Assembly: GCA_016839805.1 (NCBI GenBank)
Contig: JAEOTO010000048.1
Location: 1 to 30,225, forward strand
Direction: 5' to 3'
DNA: 30,225 nucleotides
Source: Candidatus Hermodarchaeota archaeon
Lineage (GTDB): Archaea > Asgardarchaeota > Hermodarchaeia > Hermodarchaeales > Hermodarchaeaceae
The notes below the pieces were generated by a model. It saw only the letters and a program-made list of their open reading frames with translations. It did no database searches and was not told the origin of the DNA. How positions within the stretch are numbered: position 1 is the stretch's first letter; each line of letters opens with the position of its first letter. Positions 9,401 to 17,741 of this stretch are shown here, piece by piece. The position numbers and the translations under genes are program-made.

Positions 9401-10575
9401 CATCTTGATATTTAGTGCAGCATTAAGATCTCGATCCAGTAGTAACCCACAGACGGGGCATATCCACGCCCGATCTGACAGCGTGAGCTCATCGTTAAGG
9501 TACCCACAACCATGACAGCGCTTCGATGTCGGCGCAAACCGTCCCACCTCAATCAGGGTTACACCATACCACTCGGCTTTATACCATAACATCCCTAGAA
9601 ACTTATGCCAAGCGGCATCAGCGATCGACTTAGCCAGAATCCGGTTATGCATCATGCCACTAACGTTGAGACTCTCGACTATGATTGCTTGGTTCTCGCG
9701 AATCAATCGCGTCGAAAGCTTATGCTGAAAATCAGTCCGTTGGTTAAAGACGCGTTCATAGCAACGGGCCAGGCGCTGTCGCGCTTTTTCCCGGTTCCGA
9801 CTCCCCTGCGCCTTTTTGCTCAGTCTTCGATGCAGGCATTGAAGACGCTTCAGCGAGTTTTGGAGATATCGCGGATTCTCCACCTTCTCCCCCGTGGACA
9901 ATGTGACATAGGTCGTTAAACCCACATCAATCCCGACCGATGTCTGACTTGTTGCCTGTGGCTTTGGGGGAGGAGATTTTCCGTTTTCTACAACAATCGA
10001 GATGAAGAACTTGCCCGTGATGGTCGAAACGATCGTACACGTTCTGGGCGTACCCGTGAACCGTCGATGGAAGACTGTCTTCACCATCCCAATCTTTGGG
10101 AGGTATACCCGTCGAGTTGAAAAGCTGATTGTGAAGAACTGAGGCACATCAAAGGATTGGCGGTGCGCCTTGCGACGCTTGAACTTTGGGTATCCTGGCT
10201 GTTCCTTGCCTTGTTTGAGGCGACGAAAGAAGTGTTGGAAGGCTAGCTGGACCCTTTTGACTGCCTGTTGCAATGATTGTGAGAAGGCGTCTTTTAGAAA
10301 GGGGTGATCCTGCTTTAGTTCGATAAGGCGGTTGTTCAGGTCGTACCAACTGAGGTTCGTTTCATCCATCTCATGAGCAGTTTTTTTGGTTTCCAGTGCC
10401 CAGTTATAGACGAACCGACAGGCATCGATGGTCTTCCGGATTCGCGCACGTTGTGTTTGATTTGGGTAGAGGCGATACCGGAAGGTTCTGAGCATACCTC
10501 TAGGTTTGGCAACAGAGTATTTGAAGTCCGCAATTCATCCCCACCCTAAAGGACAGGGTCTTCTCGCAGTTTTCG
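9285..10575 (-). mobile_element. IS200/IS605-family element carrying tnpB only (IS1341-like), no tnpA
   Basis: Minus strand left end: TTAT|CGAAAACTGCGAG-AAGA-hairpin CCCTGTCC-TTTA-GGGTGGGG. Right end: GAAG-hairpin CTCCGTCC-TTTA-GGGCGGGG-TAGT-TCAC|. The AAGA/TTAT and GAAG/TCAC pairs fit the IS608-type guide/cleavage-site logic. No TIRs. Visibly more GC-rich than the flanks. Confidence 0.9.
9290..10495 (-). CDS. tnpB: RNA-guided endonuclease TnpB, apparently intact
   Basis: N-terminal FRYRLYPN HTH, GYPKFK, RuvC-I GIDVG, RuvC-II IIVESL, Zn finger CHGC..CPVC and RuvC-III DRDLNAA. All three catalytic acidic residues are present. Confidence 0.96.
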   Translation of the reverse strand: MLRTFRYRLYPNQTQRARIRKTIDACRFVYNWALETKKTAHEMDETNLSWYDLNNRLIELKQDHPFLKDAFSQSLQQAVKRVQLAFQHFFRRLKQGKEQPGYPKFKRRKAHRQSFDVPQFFTISFSTRRVYLPKIGMVKTVFHRRFTGTPRTCTIVSTITGKFFISIVVENGKSPPPKPQATSQTSVGIDVGLTTYVTLSTGEKVENPRYLQNSLKRLQCLHRRLSKKAQGSRNREKARQRLARCYERVFNQRTDFQHKLSTRLIRENQAIIVESLNVSGMMHNRILAKSIADAAWHKFLGMLWYKAEWYGVTLIEVGRFAPTSKRCHGCGYLNDELTLSDRAWICPVCGLLLDRDLNAALNIKMMGLLSIMSPREPRVGPVELSALAEASKQEAPSFRAG

Positions 10576-10594
10576 ATAAGTTTCGATTTGAGAT

Positions 10595-11212
10595 TCATAG
10601 TTCGGCAAAAGCACGAGCTAACTGCGTGATTTTAAAATGCAGCTCATCGATTGAGGATACTGTGGCAATTGACTTCTTATCCCAAGCCAGAAAATTCCGT
10701 TGGGCAACAGATTCTAGTTGTTCATCTGGAATATTTGGAAAGGTAGCCCGCAGCACGACCATCCCATACTCTCCTGTCTCTGTTGTTTTTGCTAAAAGCC
10801 GGGTTATGAGGAGCCCCTTTGAATTAATTTTTGTTACATACTGCCTACGCAACCGGAGATTTGTAGTTGGACCAATCCGGCTTAGTTCCAGACGAAGCAT
10901 TGAATCAACTCGTGCTGGCAACCAGATTGCAAAATATAGGGTAACGCTAATTGTAAGAATAAGGGCAATTGTTGTAGCAAGTGCTGCTGGCCAAACATAG
11001 GGATGTTGGAATGCTATCATAAGCCATTGCCACCAAGTAATTTCTGGTGAGGGTGTCCAAGGTGGTCCAAGCAATGGAAGCAAAAGAATATTGGAAATCA
11101 GAATGTAAGCGCAAACAACACTGACAATCCAAAGAATAGCCAGGAAAATCCACTCGATGATATATTGCTCCCGAACGATACCAGTTAAGACCTGTTCATT
11201 CGCTTCTGTCAA
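10595..11212 (-). CDS. Hypothetical membrane protein (2-3 TM segments plus a soluble C-terminal domain)
   Basis: ORF-track frame 10595..11266. A TTG start at 11212 preceded by GGAGGAGG is preferred. It overlaps the end of the upstream wHTH gene, suggesting translational coupling. Confidence 0.7.
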   Translation of the reverse strand: MTEANEQVLTGIVREQYIIEWIFLAILWIVSVVCAYILISNILLLPLLGPPWTPSPEITWWQWLMIAFQHPYVWPAALATTIALILTISVTLYFAIWLPARVDSMLRLELSRIGPTTNLRLRRQYVTKINSKGLLITRLLAKTTETGEYGMVVLRATFPNIPDEQLESVAQRNFLAWDKKSIATVSSIDELHFKITQLARAFAEL

Positions 11213-11567
11213 CGGATGTACCCTCCTCCAATGCCTGAATATATAGCTCCATGGTCTTCTTTCCATGAGCTTGAATGAGTTCTAGTAAGTACCCGATGAG
11301 TGGGTGGAGATGATTGACACGAATAGAATGAAGGCGCGGAGTTAAACGATCGACAAGAATCAATTCCTCAGTTTCAAGACGTTCCAAGGGACCTCGGTAC
11401 AGCGATTTTGCTTTTCCGCTATAGCCAATGAGGGTAATGAGCTGAGTACCAGAGGCTGCACGTGGATAAATATGGGCAAGAGAAATCAAAATCCGTCGTT
11501 GAATCTCACTGAGCGAGAGAAGTGACATGACCAAATCATATGTATCTTTTCCTCGGTCCTTTGACAC
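11196..11567 (-). CDS. Winged helix-turn-helix protein
   Basis: LSEIQRRILISL...LYRGPLERLETEELILV pattern typical of wHTH; 123 aa. Confidence 0.7.
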   Translation of the reverse strand: MSKDRGKDTYDLVMSLLSLSEIQRRILISLAHIYPRAASGTQLITLIGYSGKAKSLYRGPLERLETEELILVDRLTPRLHSIRVNHLHPLIGYLLELIQAHGKKTMELYIQALEEGTSVDRSE

Positions 11568-11815
11568 GCCTAGCCCAGCCCGTGGTCATTACCAATTTTG
11601 AATACGGATGTAATGTAGGTTAAGACAGCTTATTTCCTCTTATGGTTTTTTATCGTAACGCTGCAAATCGTGATATTCTTGTGTATTATAACTATCTAAT
11701 TTTGTAAACGTTTGCTTCATTTATTCATGTACGTATTTATGCCGCAAAGTATATATTTAAGTACGAATGATATAACTCATCTGAGCTGCTGGGAACATTG
11801 GATGGTTGAACCGAA

Positions 11816-12055
11816 ATGACTCCGACAACTGAAAAAGTCTTGCGTCATCGAACGCGTCGACAAATTTTACTTACTCTAAATGGACAACGAACATTCCTGC
11901 GAGATATTGCGCGGGCGTTAGATATTCCCCCAAGTACGGCTGCTTACCATTTGAAGCGGCTTTTATCGGCAGGACTCGTCGAACAGCGTCGAGGAGTGTA
12001 TCATTCCTTTTACTTCTTGACCGAGCACGGCGAACGAATTGCTGCTGACTTCTGA
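11816..12055 (+). CDS. ArsR-like winged HTH transcriptional regulator
   Basis: HRTRRQIL, LRDIARALDIPPSTAAYHLKRLLSAGLV and YFLTEHG. An AT-rich TATA-like tract (TATATATTTAA, ~11750-11760) lies upstream. Confidence 0.88.
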   Translation: MTPTTEKVLRHRTRRQILLTLNGQRTFLRDIARALDIPPSTAAYHLKRLLSAGLVEQRRGVYHSFYFLTEHGERIAADF

Positions 12056-12137
12056 GTTCATGAAACCAGATGCGGAAAATTTATTGAAAGTAACTTGGCT
12101 GTTAAAGCAGCCTCGTTAGGATAGAAAAAGATTCTAT

Positions 12138-12542
12138 TTAGGTTTCTAGCTCCTTGGCTTTAGGAGTCGCTGTCCAAGTTGGTTGATCATGAATTTTAGT
12201 CTTAGAAAGATAGCCGTTGGTTTCTAACTCATCAAGCAGTAATCGTACGTTTTCTTCATTTATTGGTGGTTTGCCAATGGGTATACGTGTACTATTAACA
12301 CCTTGGAAGATACTGATGAAGGATTGATGGCCTCGTTGGCAGATGAACAGAATTGCTTGCTGGTCTGCATTGAGATCAGGTTCTTCACGCTTAGCTTCGG
12401 CTTCCTTAGCTTTAGCTAGCATTTCCTTAGATAATGATATCTCTTGTCGTTTTATGGTAACATGCTTGAGTTGAACCTTTCGTTTCACCTTGTTTTGATC
12501 AGTTATCATTTCAATCACCAAGTTGGCAGATTTCAGCTTCAA
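12138..12542 (-). CDS. Hypothetical protein with a C-terminal winged-helix-like domain
   Basis: LNADQQAIL...VRLLLDELETNGYL...WTATPKA resembles wHTH. Start uncertain. Confidence 0.6.
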   Translation of the reverse strand: MKLKSANLVIEMITDQNKVKRKVQLKHVTIKRQEISLSKEMLAKAKEAEAKREEPDLNADQQAILFICQRGHQSFISIFQGVNSTRIPIGKPPINEENVRLLLDELETNGYLSKTKIHDQPTWTATPKAKELET

Positions 12543-12684
12543 TCAGATCAAAGTTATAATTTGGTCATTGGGATTTCGGTTAATTGTATGACTTTCTCGT
12601 AAATTGGGTGAATGAGATTAGTACACATCTACTGAGAGGAACGGGGTTGGCAAAAAAGGTTTCTTTCAGGCTGAGGGACATGCT

Positions 12685-13143
12685 CTATAAGACCATTATT
12701 TCTTTTGCAATAGCGTCAGAAGCAAGACCACGACGGAAGCGTACTCGAAGAATTCCATTGCGACCATGGACGGAGATTATCCGTCCGTAATTGCTAGTTC
12801 GTTCATTAAAGTGTAGTATCACTGATCGACCAATGTAACTTGCAGCCCCGGATACAGTCGTGATCCCCTCAAGTTTGACTAAGGCATATTGAGGGCGTTG
12901 TTGAACAGTACCTCTTTGATAGCTTAATACAACACCCTTTACAGGTGTTTCCAGTGGTAACCGACGTGGTCGTGAAGGTTTGGGTTTCTTCTCAGTAACA
13001 GCTTTTTTCTTGCGTTTTTTCTTGGTTTTTGTGGGTGGTTTGGCCTTCGGTTTAGTTTTTTCTTTAGATTTCGCTTTGGTGGTAGATTTGGATTTGGTAG
13101 TGGATTTCTTGGATTTGGGTGTTTTTTCTGACACGCTAACCAC
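12685..13143 (-). CDS. rpl35ae: 50S ribosomal protein L35Ae with a long Lys-rich N-terminal extension
   Basis: KGVVLSYQRG..Q.PQYALVK, YIGRSV, GRIISVHGRNGILRVRFRRGL and AIAKEI match eL33/L35Ae. The start may be GTG at 13134. Confidence 0.92.
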   Translation of the reverse strand: MVSVSEKTPKSKKSTTKSKSTTKAKSKEKTKPKAKPPTKTKKKRKKKAVTEKKPKPSRPRRLPLETPVKGVVLSYQRGTVQQRPQYALVKLEGITTVSGAASYIGRSVILHFNERTSNYGRIISVHGRNGILRVRFRRGLASDAIAKEIMVL

Positions 13144-13287
13144 CTTGCGTTGAGGGTGGACAAGGAGAATTATGAGTGATTAATAAAAGTATTGGCTATC
13201 CTCAGACGTGGAAAGATACACACTTTTTTTATAGAAATTCTTGCAACGGATAAGTTCAGGAAACACTAAAAAGCGCAACATTGGCTG

Positions 13288-13686
13288 TTGAAACGTATGC
13301 AATCGCCTGCCGATGCATCAGTCATGTCGAAGGTGGAAAGTTACTTATCAGAAACTGTAAAACGTGAGCCCTCCATACATAGCGCAGCTGTGATGACAGC
13401 AGATGGATTACCCCTAGTACTGCTAATGGGAAAAGAGGAAATTGAAAAATTAGAGTTAGCCGCAGCAATCGCTTCCTTGGGTTCACTATCTGAACAAACT
13501 TCAAACCGACTAGGAATTGGAAGGTACAAAGACTTAATGTTAAGATGTGGTCGCGGACATTTACTTGTGCGTCGTATAGGAGAGGCAAATATGCTTGCTA
13601 TTCTTGCTGATAAAAACGCGCCGCTTGGAGCTATCACCTTACTCATGGATTCTGTCACGAAACATTTACAGCGCATACTCAAATGA
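13288..13686 (+). CDS. Roadblock/LC7 (MglB-like) domain protein
   Basis: IHSAAVMTADGLPL, LAAAIASL, LLVRRIGE and LAILADKNAPLG are characteristic roadblock-fold motifs. Confidence 0.9.
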   Translation: MKRMQSPADASVMSKVESYLSETVKREPSIHSAAVMTADGLPLVLLMGKEEIEKLELAAAIASLGSLSEQTSNRLGIGRYKDLMLRCGRGHLLVRRIGEANMLAILADKNAPLGAITLLMDSVTKHLQRILK

Positions 13687-13711
13687 CGCATCGAAAACAA
13701 ACAGCTTCTAC

Positions 13712-14596
13712 TCATAGTCCATTTTTGATTTGTCGTAAGTACTCCTTAATACGAGAATGAGTGCGAGCCTCTCGTTTAGACAACCCTGGATTATGTTGAG
13801 ACCAGTATTTTGTGGCTAAATCAACAATAATTCGATGCGTTCCAGAACCGTATTGGAGGGCACGCTTAGAAGCATTAACAAATCGGGGAGGTATTCCCAA
13901 TTCATACGCTAGTTCACGAAGAAGCCGTTTTCTAACAACCCCTTGTGAAGACTTGGAAAGTTTGCACGGAAAGGGAAGTTGATGAGAGAATTCTACAAGG
14001 GCACCATTGAGATAAGGAGTAGCAAGATTGATTCCAAAATGATGAACTACCGCCGTTTGAGAAGGAAGAATTATCTCACGAAGCTTCACAAGATCTTTTT
14101 CCATTTCTGTTAAGCTTGCTCGCTCTCCTAATTGAAGGAATTGCTGTTCATGACGAGCATATCCCCCGAACAGTTCATCGGCGCCTTGCCCAGTGAATAA
14201 AGTAGTGATATTAAACTGCTTTGCACATTCTGTTGCAAAAAACAGTGGAATAGCCAACTCAACTTGTAGCACATCAACCACATTGATGATAGAAAGTATT
14301 TCAGATAATTTTTCCTTTACCTCATCGCCTGTGAAGAAGCGGATGGTGAGAGGAAGCTTCAGAAACATGGCTGACTCTCGGGCAAGAATGATGTCTTTCG
14401 CTGATTCGACACCTGTGACAAAGAGTGGAATAGGTTCGGAATGGATATTGGAGAGTAGCGTTGCTAGTATACTACTATCTAATCCACCAGAAAAAAGGAG
14501 ACCAATGGTATCTGTAGACTTGTATGAAGAAGATAGAGCATTAGCGAGTAAAGCTCTTAATTGCTGAGATAGCATCTCCAAAGTTCTGCTTTTCAT
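13712..14596 (-). CDS. Asparagine synthase C-terminal (ATP pyrophosphatase) domain protein lacking the glutaminase domain
   Basis: PP-loop LFSGGLDSS, TGQGADELFGGY, PYL, KRLLRE and KRALQYGSG. No N-terminal Ntn Cys domain. Confidence 0.85.
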   Translation of the reverse strand: MKSRTLEMLSQQLRALLANALSSSYKSTDTIGLLFSGGLDSSILATLLSNIHSEPIPLFVTGVESAKDIILARESAMFLKLPLTIRFFTGDEVKEKLSEILSIINVVDVLQVELAIPLFFATECAKQFNITTLFTGQGADELFGGYARHEQQFLQLGERASLTEMEKDLVKLREIILPSQTAVVHHFGINLATPYLNGALVEFSHQLPFPCKLSKSSQGVVRKRLLRELAYELGIPPRFVNASKRALQYGSGTHRIIVDLATKYWSQHNPGLSKREARTHSRIKEYLRQIKNGL

Positions 14597-14634
14597 TGTA
14601 ACGCTCGCCTGTGCAAGATACAGATATCGGCAGG

Positions 14635-14643
14635 TTTATTTGC
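14635..14643 (+). promoter_or_regulatory. Putative TATA box for the C/D sRNA
   Basis: TTTATTT lies about 25-30 nt upstream of the predicted sRNA 5' end, which is archaeal promoter spacing. Confidence 0.4.
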
Positions 14644-14667
14644 ATCGATTGGCTGAAAATCCTCTGG

Positions 14668-14743
14668 TCGCTCTCACGCGATGACAGGAAGGCATTTGTG
14701 TGACCGCGTCAGCGGGATGAACTATCATAGTTACCTTGAGCGA
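14668..14743 (+). ncRNA. Dual-guide box C/D sRNA targeting LSU (23S) rRNA H69 and the 1935-1944 region
   Basis: Terminal stem TCGC/GCGA. Box C GCGATGA 14678-84, D' GTGA 14700-03, internal hairpin CCGC-GTCA-GCGG, C' GGGATGA 14714-20, box D TTGA 14736-39. The D guide TCATAGTTACC is complementary to GGUAACUAUGA. The D' guide AAGGCATTTG is complementary to CAAAUGCCUU. Confidence 0.85.
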
Positions 14744-14858
14744 ACGAGCGGCTAAATTGAATAATCGGTTCGCGCGCTAGTTATCCAGACGAACATACCC
14801 CAACTTACTTAGCCATTAACGCAACTTGATCGTATAATCTGGAATGTGAGGAGTTTTT

Positions 14859-14966
14859 GTACTCTTTAGTGATGAGACTTGTGAGAGTACGCTCTATTGA
14901 ACGTAGGTGGCGTGTGATATCCTTCGATGAGAGGAAATCCCCAAATCAAAAACTAACTCTGAAGAA
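14859..14966 (+). ncRNA. Putative second K-turn/box C/D-like RNA
   Basis: Perfect box C GTGATGA 14869-75, GTGA at 14881 and 14914, C'-like TCGATGA 14924-30, box D CTGA 14959-62, stem GTACTC/GAGTAC, and TATAAT about 25 nt upstream. No convincing target identified. Confidence 0.45.
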
Positions 14967-15048
14967 GAATTTGTGAATAAATCAGCACCGACTTAAAATA
15001 GGATTTTTATGGAATGACGTGAAATGGTGTAGGAGGCGGGTTCTTATC

Positions 15049-15315
15049 GTGGTCTGCGTGGTTTATTCTAGTAATAGCTGCCCTAGATGCGAGATTCTAA
15101 AGCAGCACCTGCGTGACCACAATATTGAGCATACGGTGCGAATGATAGAGGAACCGGATGCACAAGTGGATGCCCTCATGCTCAGCATCTATAGTACACC
15201 CGCATTGGTTATTGGCAAAAACGTACTTCGACAAAACAATCTATTCATCAATAATTGTGTTGATGAGGAAACTCTTGCATTATTCTTGAGGGTTAACGGA
15301 CATGGCTCGACGTAG
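15049..15315 (+). CDS. Glutaredoxin-like (NrdH-type) redoxin
   Basis: VYSSNSCPRC active site and cis-Pro motif STPAL. GTG at 15049 follows AGGAGG. Overlaps the nrdD start. Confidence 0.88.
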   Translation: MVCVVYSSNSCPRCEILKQHLRDHNIEHTVRMIEEPDAQVDALMLSIYSTPALVIGKNVLRQNNLFINNCVDEETLALFLRVNGHGST

Positions 15316-17647
15316 GAGGAGGCCAAATAGCAGAGCACGAAAAACTGTCCCTCTAGATCGATGGATTCAAGCGGTTCGCAAAGAAGAAGCTGGTATGCCA
15401 ATGGTGCGTACCAGTGACGCGTTAATCCGTAGTTGGAATCGTCAACGAATCGTAGATGCACTTGTTCGCGAAACGATGTTGGTACAAGAGCTTTTCAAAA
15501 TTCCCTCGATGACCGCAAAAGAAGCAAGAGATGTAGCAGAGAAAGTCGAAAAACGCATCCAACAATTGGAACTTCCATTTGTAAGCGCCCCACTCATTCG
15601 TGAGATCCAGAACCAAATCCTTCTCGAGAAGGCGAAAAAGGACCCAAGATTCGCTGTCTATCGTAATGCCTTAACCCGTGTTGGTGTCCCGATGTGGGAC
15701 TTCAGCCATATTATCGGTGGAAATGGGTATGAAGCTCAAGAGAACGCGAACATGCAACCAAATCCCGAAACAATCCACAAAAAAGTTGCAGATCGCCTTT
15801 GTAAAGAAGCCTATCTACTAACGCTTCCACCTGAAATTGCTGATGCACACCTCGTAGGGGATATTCATATCCACGATCTCGAATATTTTGGAACCCGACC
15901 TTTCTGTGCTGATTACGATGCACGGTATTTCTTCAAATATGGATTGATGTGTGATGGACTTGGTGAAAGGACGGCAGTTGCGAAGCCAGCGTCTTATCCT
16001 ACGGTGGCTATCTTGCACCTCATCAAAGTGTTGGCAGCCGGACAGACTAACTGCGCTGGAGGTCAAGGACTCTTCAATTTTAATGTATTCTTGGCGCCAT
16101 TCCTCCGCGGAAAAACTCCACGAGAGATTGAACAATTTGCTCAAACGCTCCTCTTCGAAGCTAACGAGACTTACGTCTCTCGAGGTGGACAACTAGTCTT
16201 CTCCAGTATACAACTCGAAGCTGGGATTCCAAAAATCTGGCGTGATGCCCCTATCGTCTACCGAGGAAAAGTTGGTCCAGACACTTACGGTGATTATGAA
16301 GACGAAGCCCACACCTTCATGAAAGCGCTTCTTGAATGTTACTTGGAGGGTGATGCCTGGGGTAAAATGTTCAGTTTTCCCAAACCCGAAATCCGCCTTC
16401 GCCGTGACTACTTGACAAAAAGTGAATATGATGAGGTTATGTACCTAGCCTCTAAACTCTCCGCGAAATTCGGCACTAGTTATTACGATAATGTCATTCC
16501 ACCTTGGCGCGGCGAAGATGGCGTAGATTGCTATCAATGTTGTGCTTTCCGATTGGCTGAAGATTTGAATGATGAAGAGTTGATGAGCAAGGTTATGTTT
16601 GAGGATGGAGCTCATTTTGCTATGGGTGGTCTTCAAGTAGTTACGATAAATTTACCACGACTGGCATATCTGGCGAATGGTGACGATAATATATTACTAG
16701 AACGGCTTCGCATCCAAATGGAGTTAGCAAAGCGGGTATTGTTGACAAAACGACGATTTATGGAACGACAGATGAAGAATGGAATGTTACCGTTTCTAAT
16801 GCAGCAGCCGAAGTGGAATGGTTCTGAAGCGCCACCATTGTTTGATATTATGAATATGTCACCGGTTTTTGGTTTCGTTGGTATTAATGAAATGGTGCAA
16901 TACCATACTGGTATTCAATTGCATGAGAGCAAGGAATCAGTACGGTTCGGATTACGCATATTAGCAGAAATGGAACGAATTAGATCAGAGTACACCAAAG
17001 AGACAGGTCTTCCCTTCGCTGTCGCACGGACACCTGCTGAATCGTGTTCGACACGACTGGCAATTCTGGATCTTCTTCATTATAATGATGCAGCTACCTC
17101 TGTTGTCAAAGGAGATATTTCGAATTGGCAACACAAACTGGAATCAGCAGGACGAACAGCTGTACCTGCGTATTATACGAATGGGTTTATGGTGAGCTAT
17201 GATGCCCGGATTTCATTAGCTCAAAAAATCGCAATTGAAGAGAAGGCCTTTCCATTACTTTCTGGTGGGAACATTTTCCATGTATTTCTCGGCGAAGAAG
17301 CACCAGATACTGAAGCATTACATAAACTCAACAGACGGATTGCCTTGAACACACAATTAGGCTATTATAGTTACACTCGGGACTTATCTGTGTGCAAACA
17401 ATGCCATTACACAGCAGGTGGCCTAATAGAAGTATGCCCACGCTGTAATCACAATGATATTGACTGGTTTAGCCGCATTACTGGTTACTACCAAAATGTT
17501 TCCGGGTGGAATGCTGGCAAACGAGAAGAACTAAAACGCCGACATCGTCAAGTTACGGCAACCTCATGGACTCCTCCTACTGAAGCACCTTCACTAGTTC
17601 GTCCCCGACTACTGCGAAGTGCCAATGGAATACAATCGCCTCAATAA
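15302..17647 (+). CDS. nrdD: Anaerobic (class III) ribonucleoside-triphosphate reductase with an N-terminal ATP cone
   Basis: ATP cone (VRTSD..WNRQRIVDAL..SAPLIRE), ENAN, AHLVGDIHIHDL, FSFPKP, finger loop QCCAFRL, VVTINLPRLA, TPAES, YYTNG, Zn site CKQC/CPRC and glycyl-radical motif RITGYY. Confidence 0.96.
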   Translation: MARRRRRPNSRARKTVPLDRWIQAVRKEEAGMPMVRTSDALIRSWNRQRIVDALVRETMLVQELFKIPSMTAKEARDVAEKVEKRIQQLELPFVSAPLIREIQNQILLEKAKKDPRFAVYRNALTRVGVPMWDFSHIIGGNGYEAQENANMQPNPETIHKKVADRLCKEAYLLTLPPEIADAHLVGDIHIHDLEYFGTRPFCADYDARYFFKYGLMCDGLGERTAVAKPASYPTVAILHLIKVLAAGQTNCAGGQGLFNFNVFLAPFLRGKTPREIEQFAQTLLFEANETYVSRGGQLVFSSIQLEAGIPKIWRDAPIVYRGKVGPDTYGDYEDEAHTFMKALLECYLEGDAWGKMFSFPKPEIRLRRDYLTKSEYDEVMYLASKLSAKFGTSYYDNVIPPWRGEDGVDCYQCCAFRLAEDLNDEELMSKVMFEDGAHFAMGGLQVVTINLPRLAYLANGDDNILLERLRIQMELAKRVLLTKRRFMERQMKNGMLPFLMQQPKWNGSEAPPLFDIMNMSPVFGFVGINEMVQYHTGIQLHESKESVRFGLRILAEMERIRSEYTKETGLPFAVARTPAESCSTRLAILDLLHYNDAATSVVKGDISNWQHKLESAGRTAVPAYYTNGFMVSYDARISLAQKIAIEEKAFPLLSGGNIFHVFLGEEAPDTEALHKLNRRIALNTQLGYYSYTRDLSVCKQCHYTAGGLIEVCPRCNHNDIDWFSRITGYYQNVSGWNAGKREELKRRHRQVTATSWTPPTEAPSLVRPRLLRSANGIQSPQ

Positions 17648-17741
17648 TCTGCAACATACCTATTCTCATTTGAGAATAATAACTTATTTTTTATCTCAGA
17701 AAAGATGTAAGTGCATTGAAAAAGAATATGAGGAAGACTAA

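Noticed and set aside
9255-9515. 86-aa + strand ORF (and 9605..9919)
   Set aside because: These are antisense shadows of tnpB and the right-end hairpin, with no independent coding signal.
10506-11000. 164-aa + strand ORF starting in the IS left end (IHPHPKGQGLL)
   Set aside because: It is a translation of the left-end hairpin running antisense into the membrane-protein gene. It has no HUH/Y1 motifs, so it is not TnpA.
12605-12680. GTGAATGA...CTGA...CTGA pattern suggesting a C/D sRNA
   Set aside because: There is no proper C or C' box and no convincing rRNA complement. The A-run is better explained as the minus-strand oligo-T terminator of rpl35ae.
14744-14850. Stems (CGAAC/GTTCG, TCCAGA/TCTGGA) between the two sRNA candidates; possible H/ACA RNA or AsnB N-terminal remnant
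   Set aside because: No ACA box at the expected position, no K-turn and no recognisable coding remnant; left unassigned.
15302-15345. NLS-like Arg run at the NrdD N-terminus (MARRRRRPNSRARK)
   Set aside because: It is low-complexity sequence overlapping the redoxin stop, and the true start may be downstream. No functional claim is supportable.
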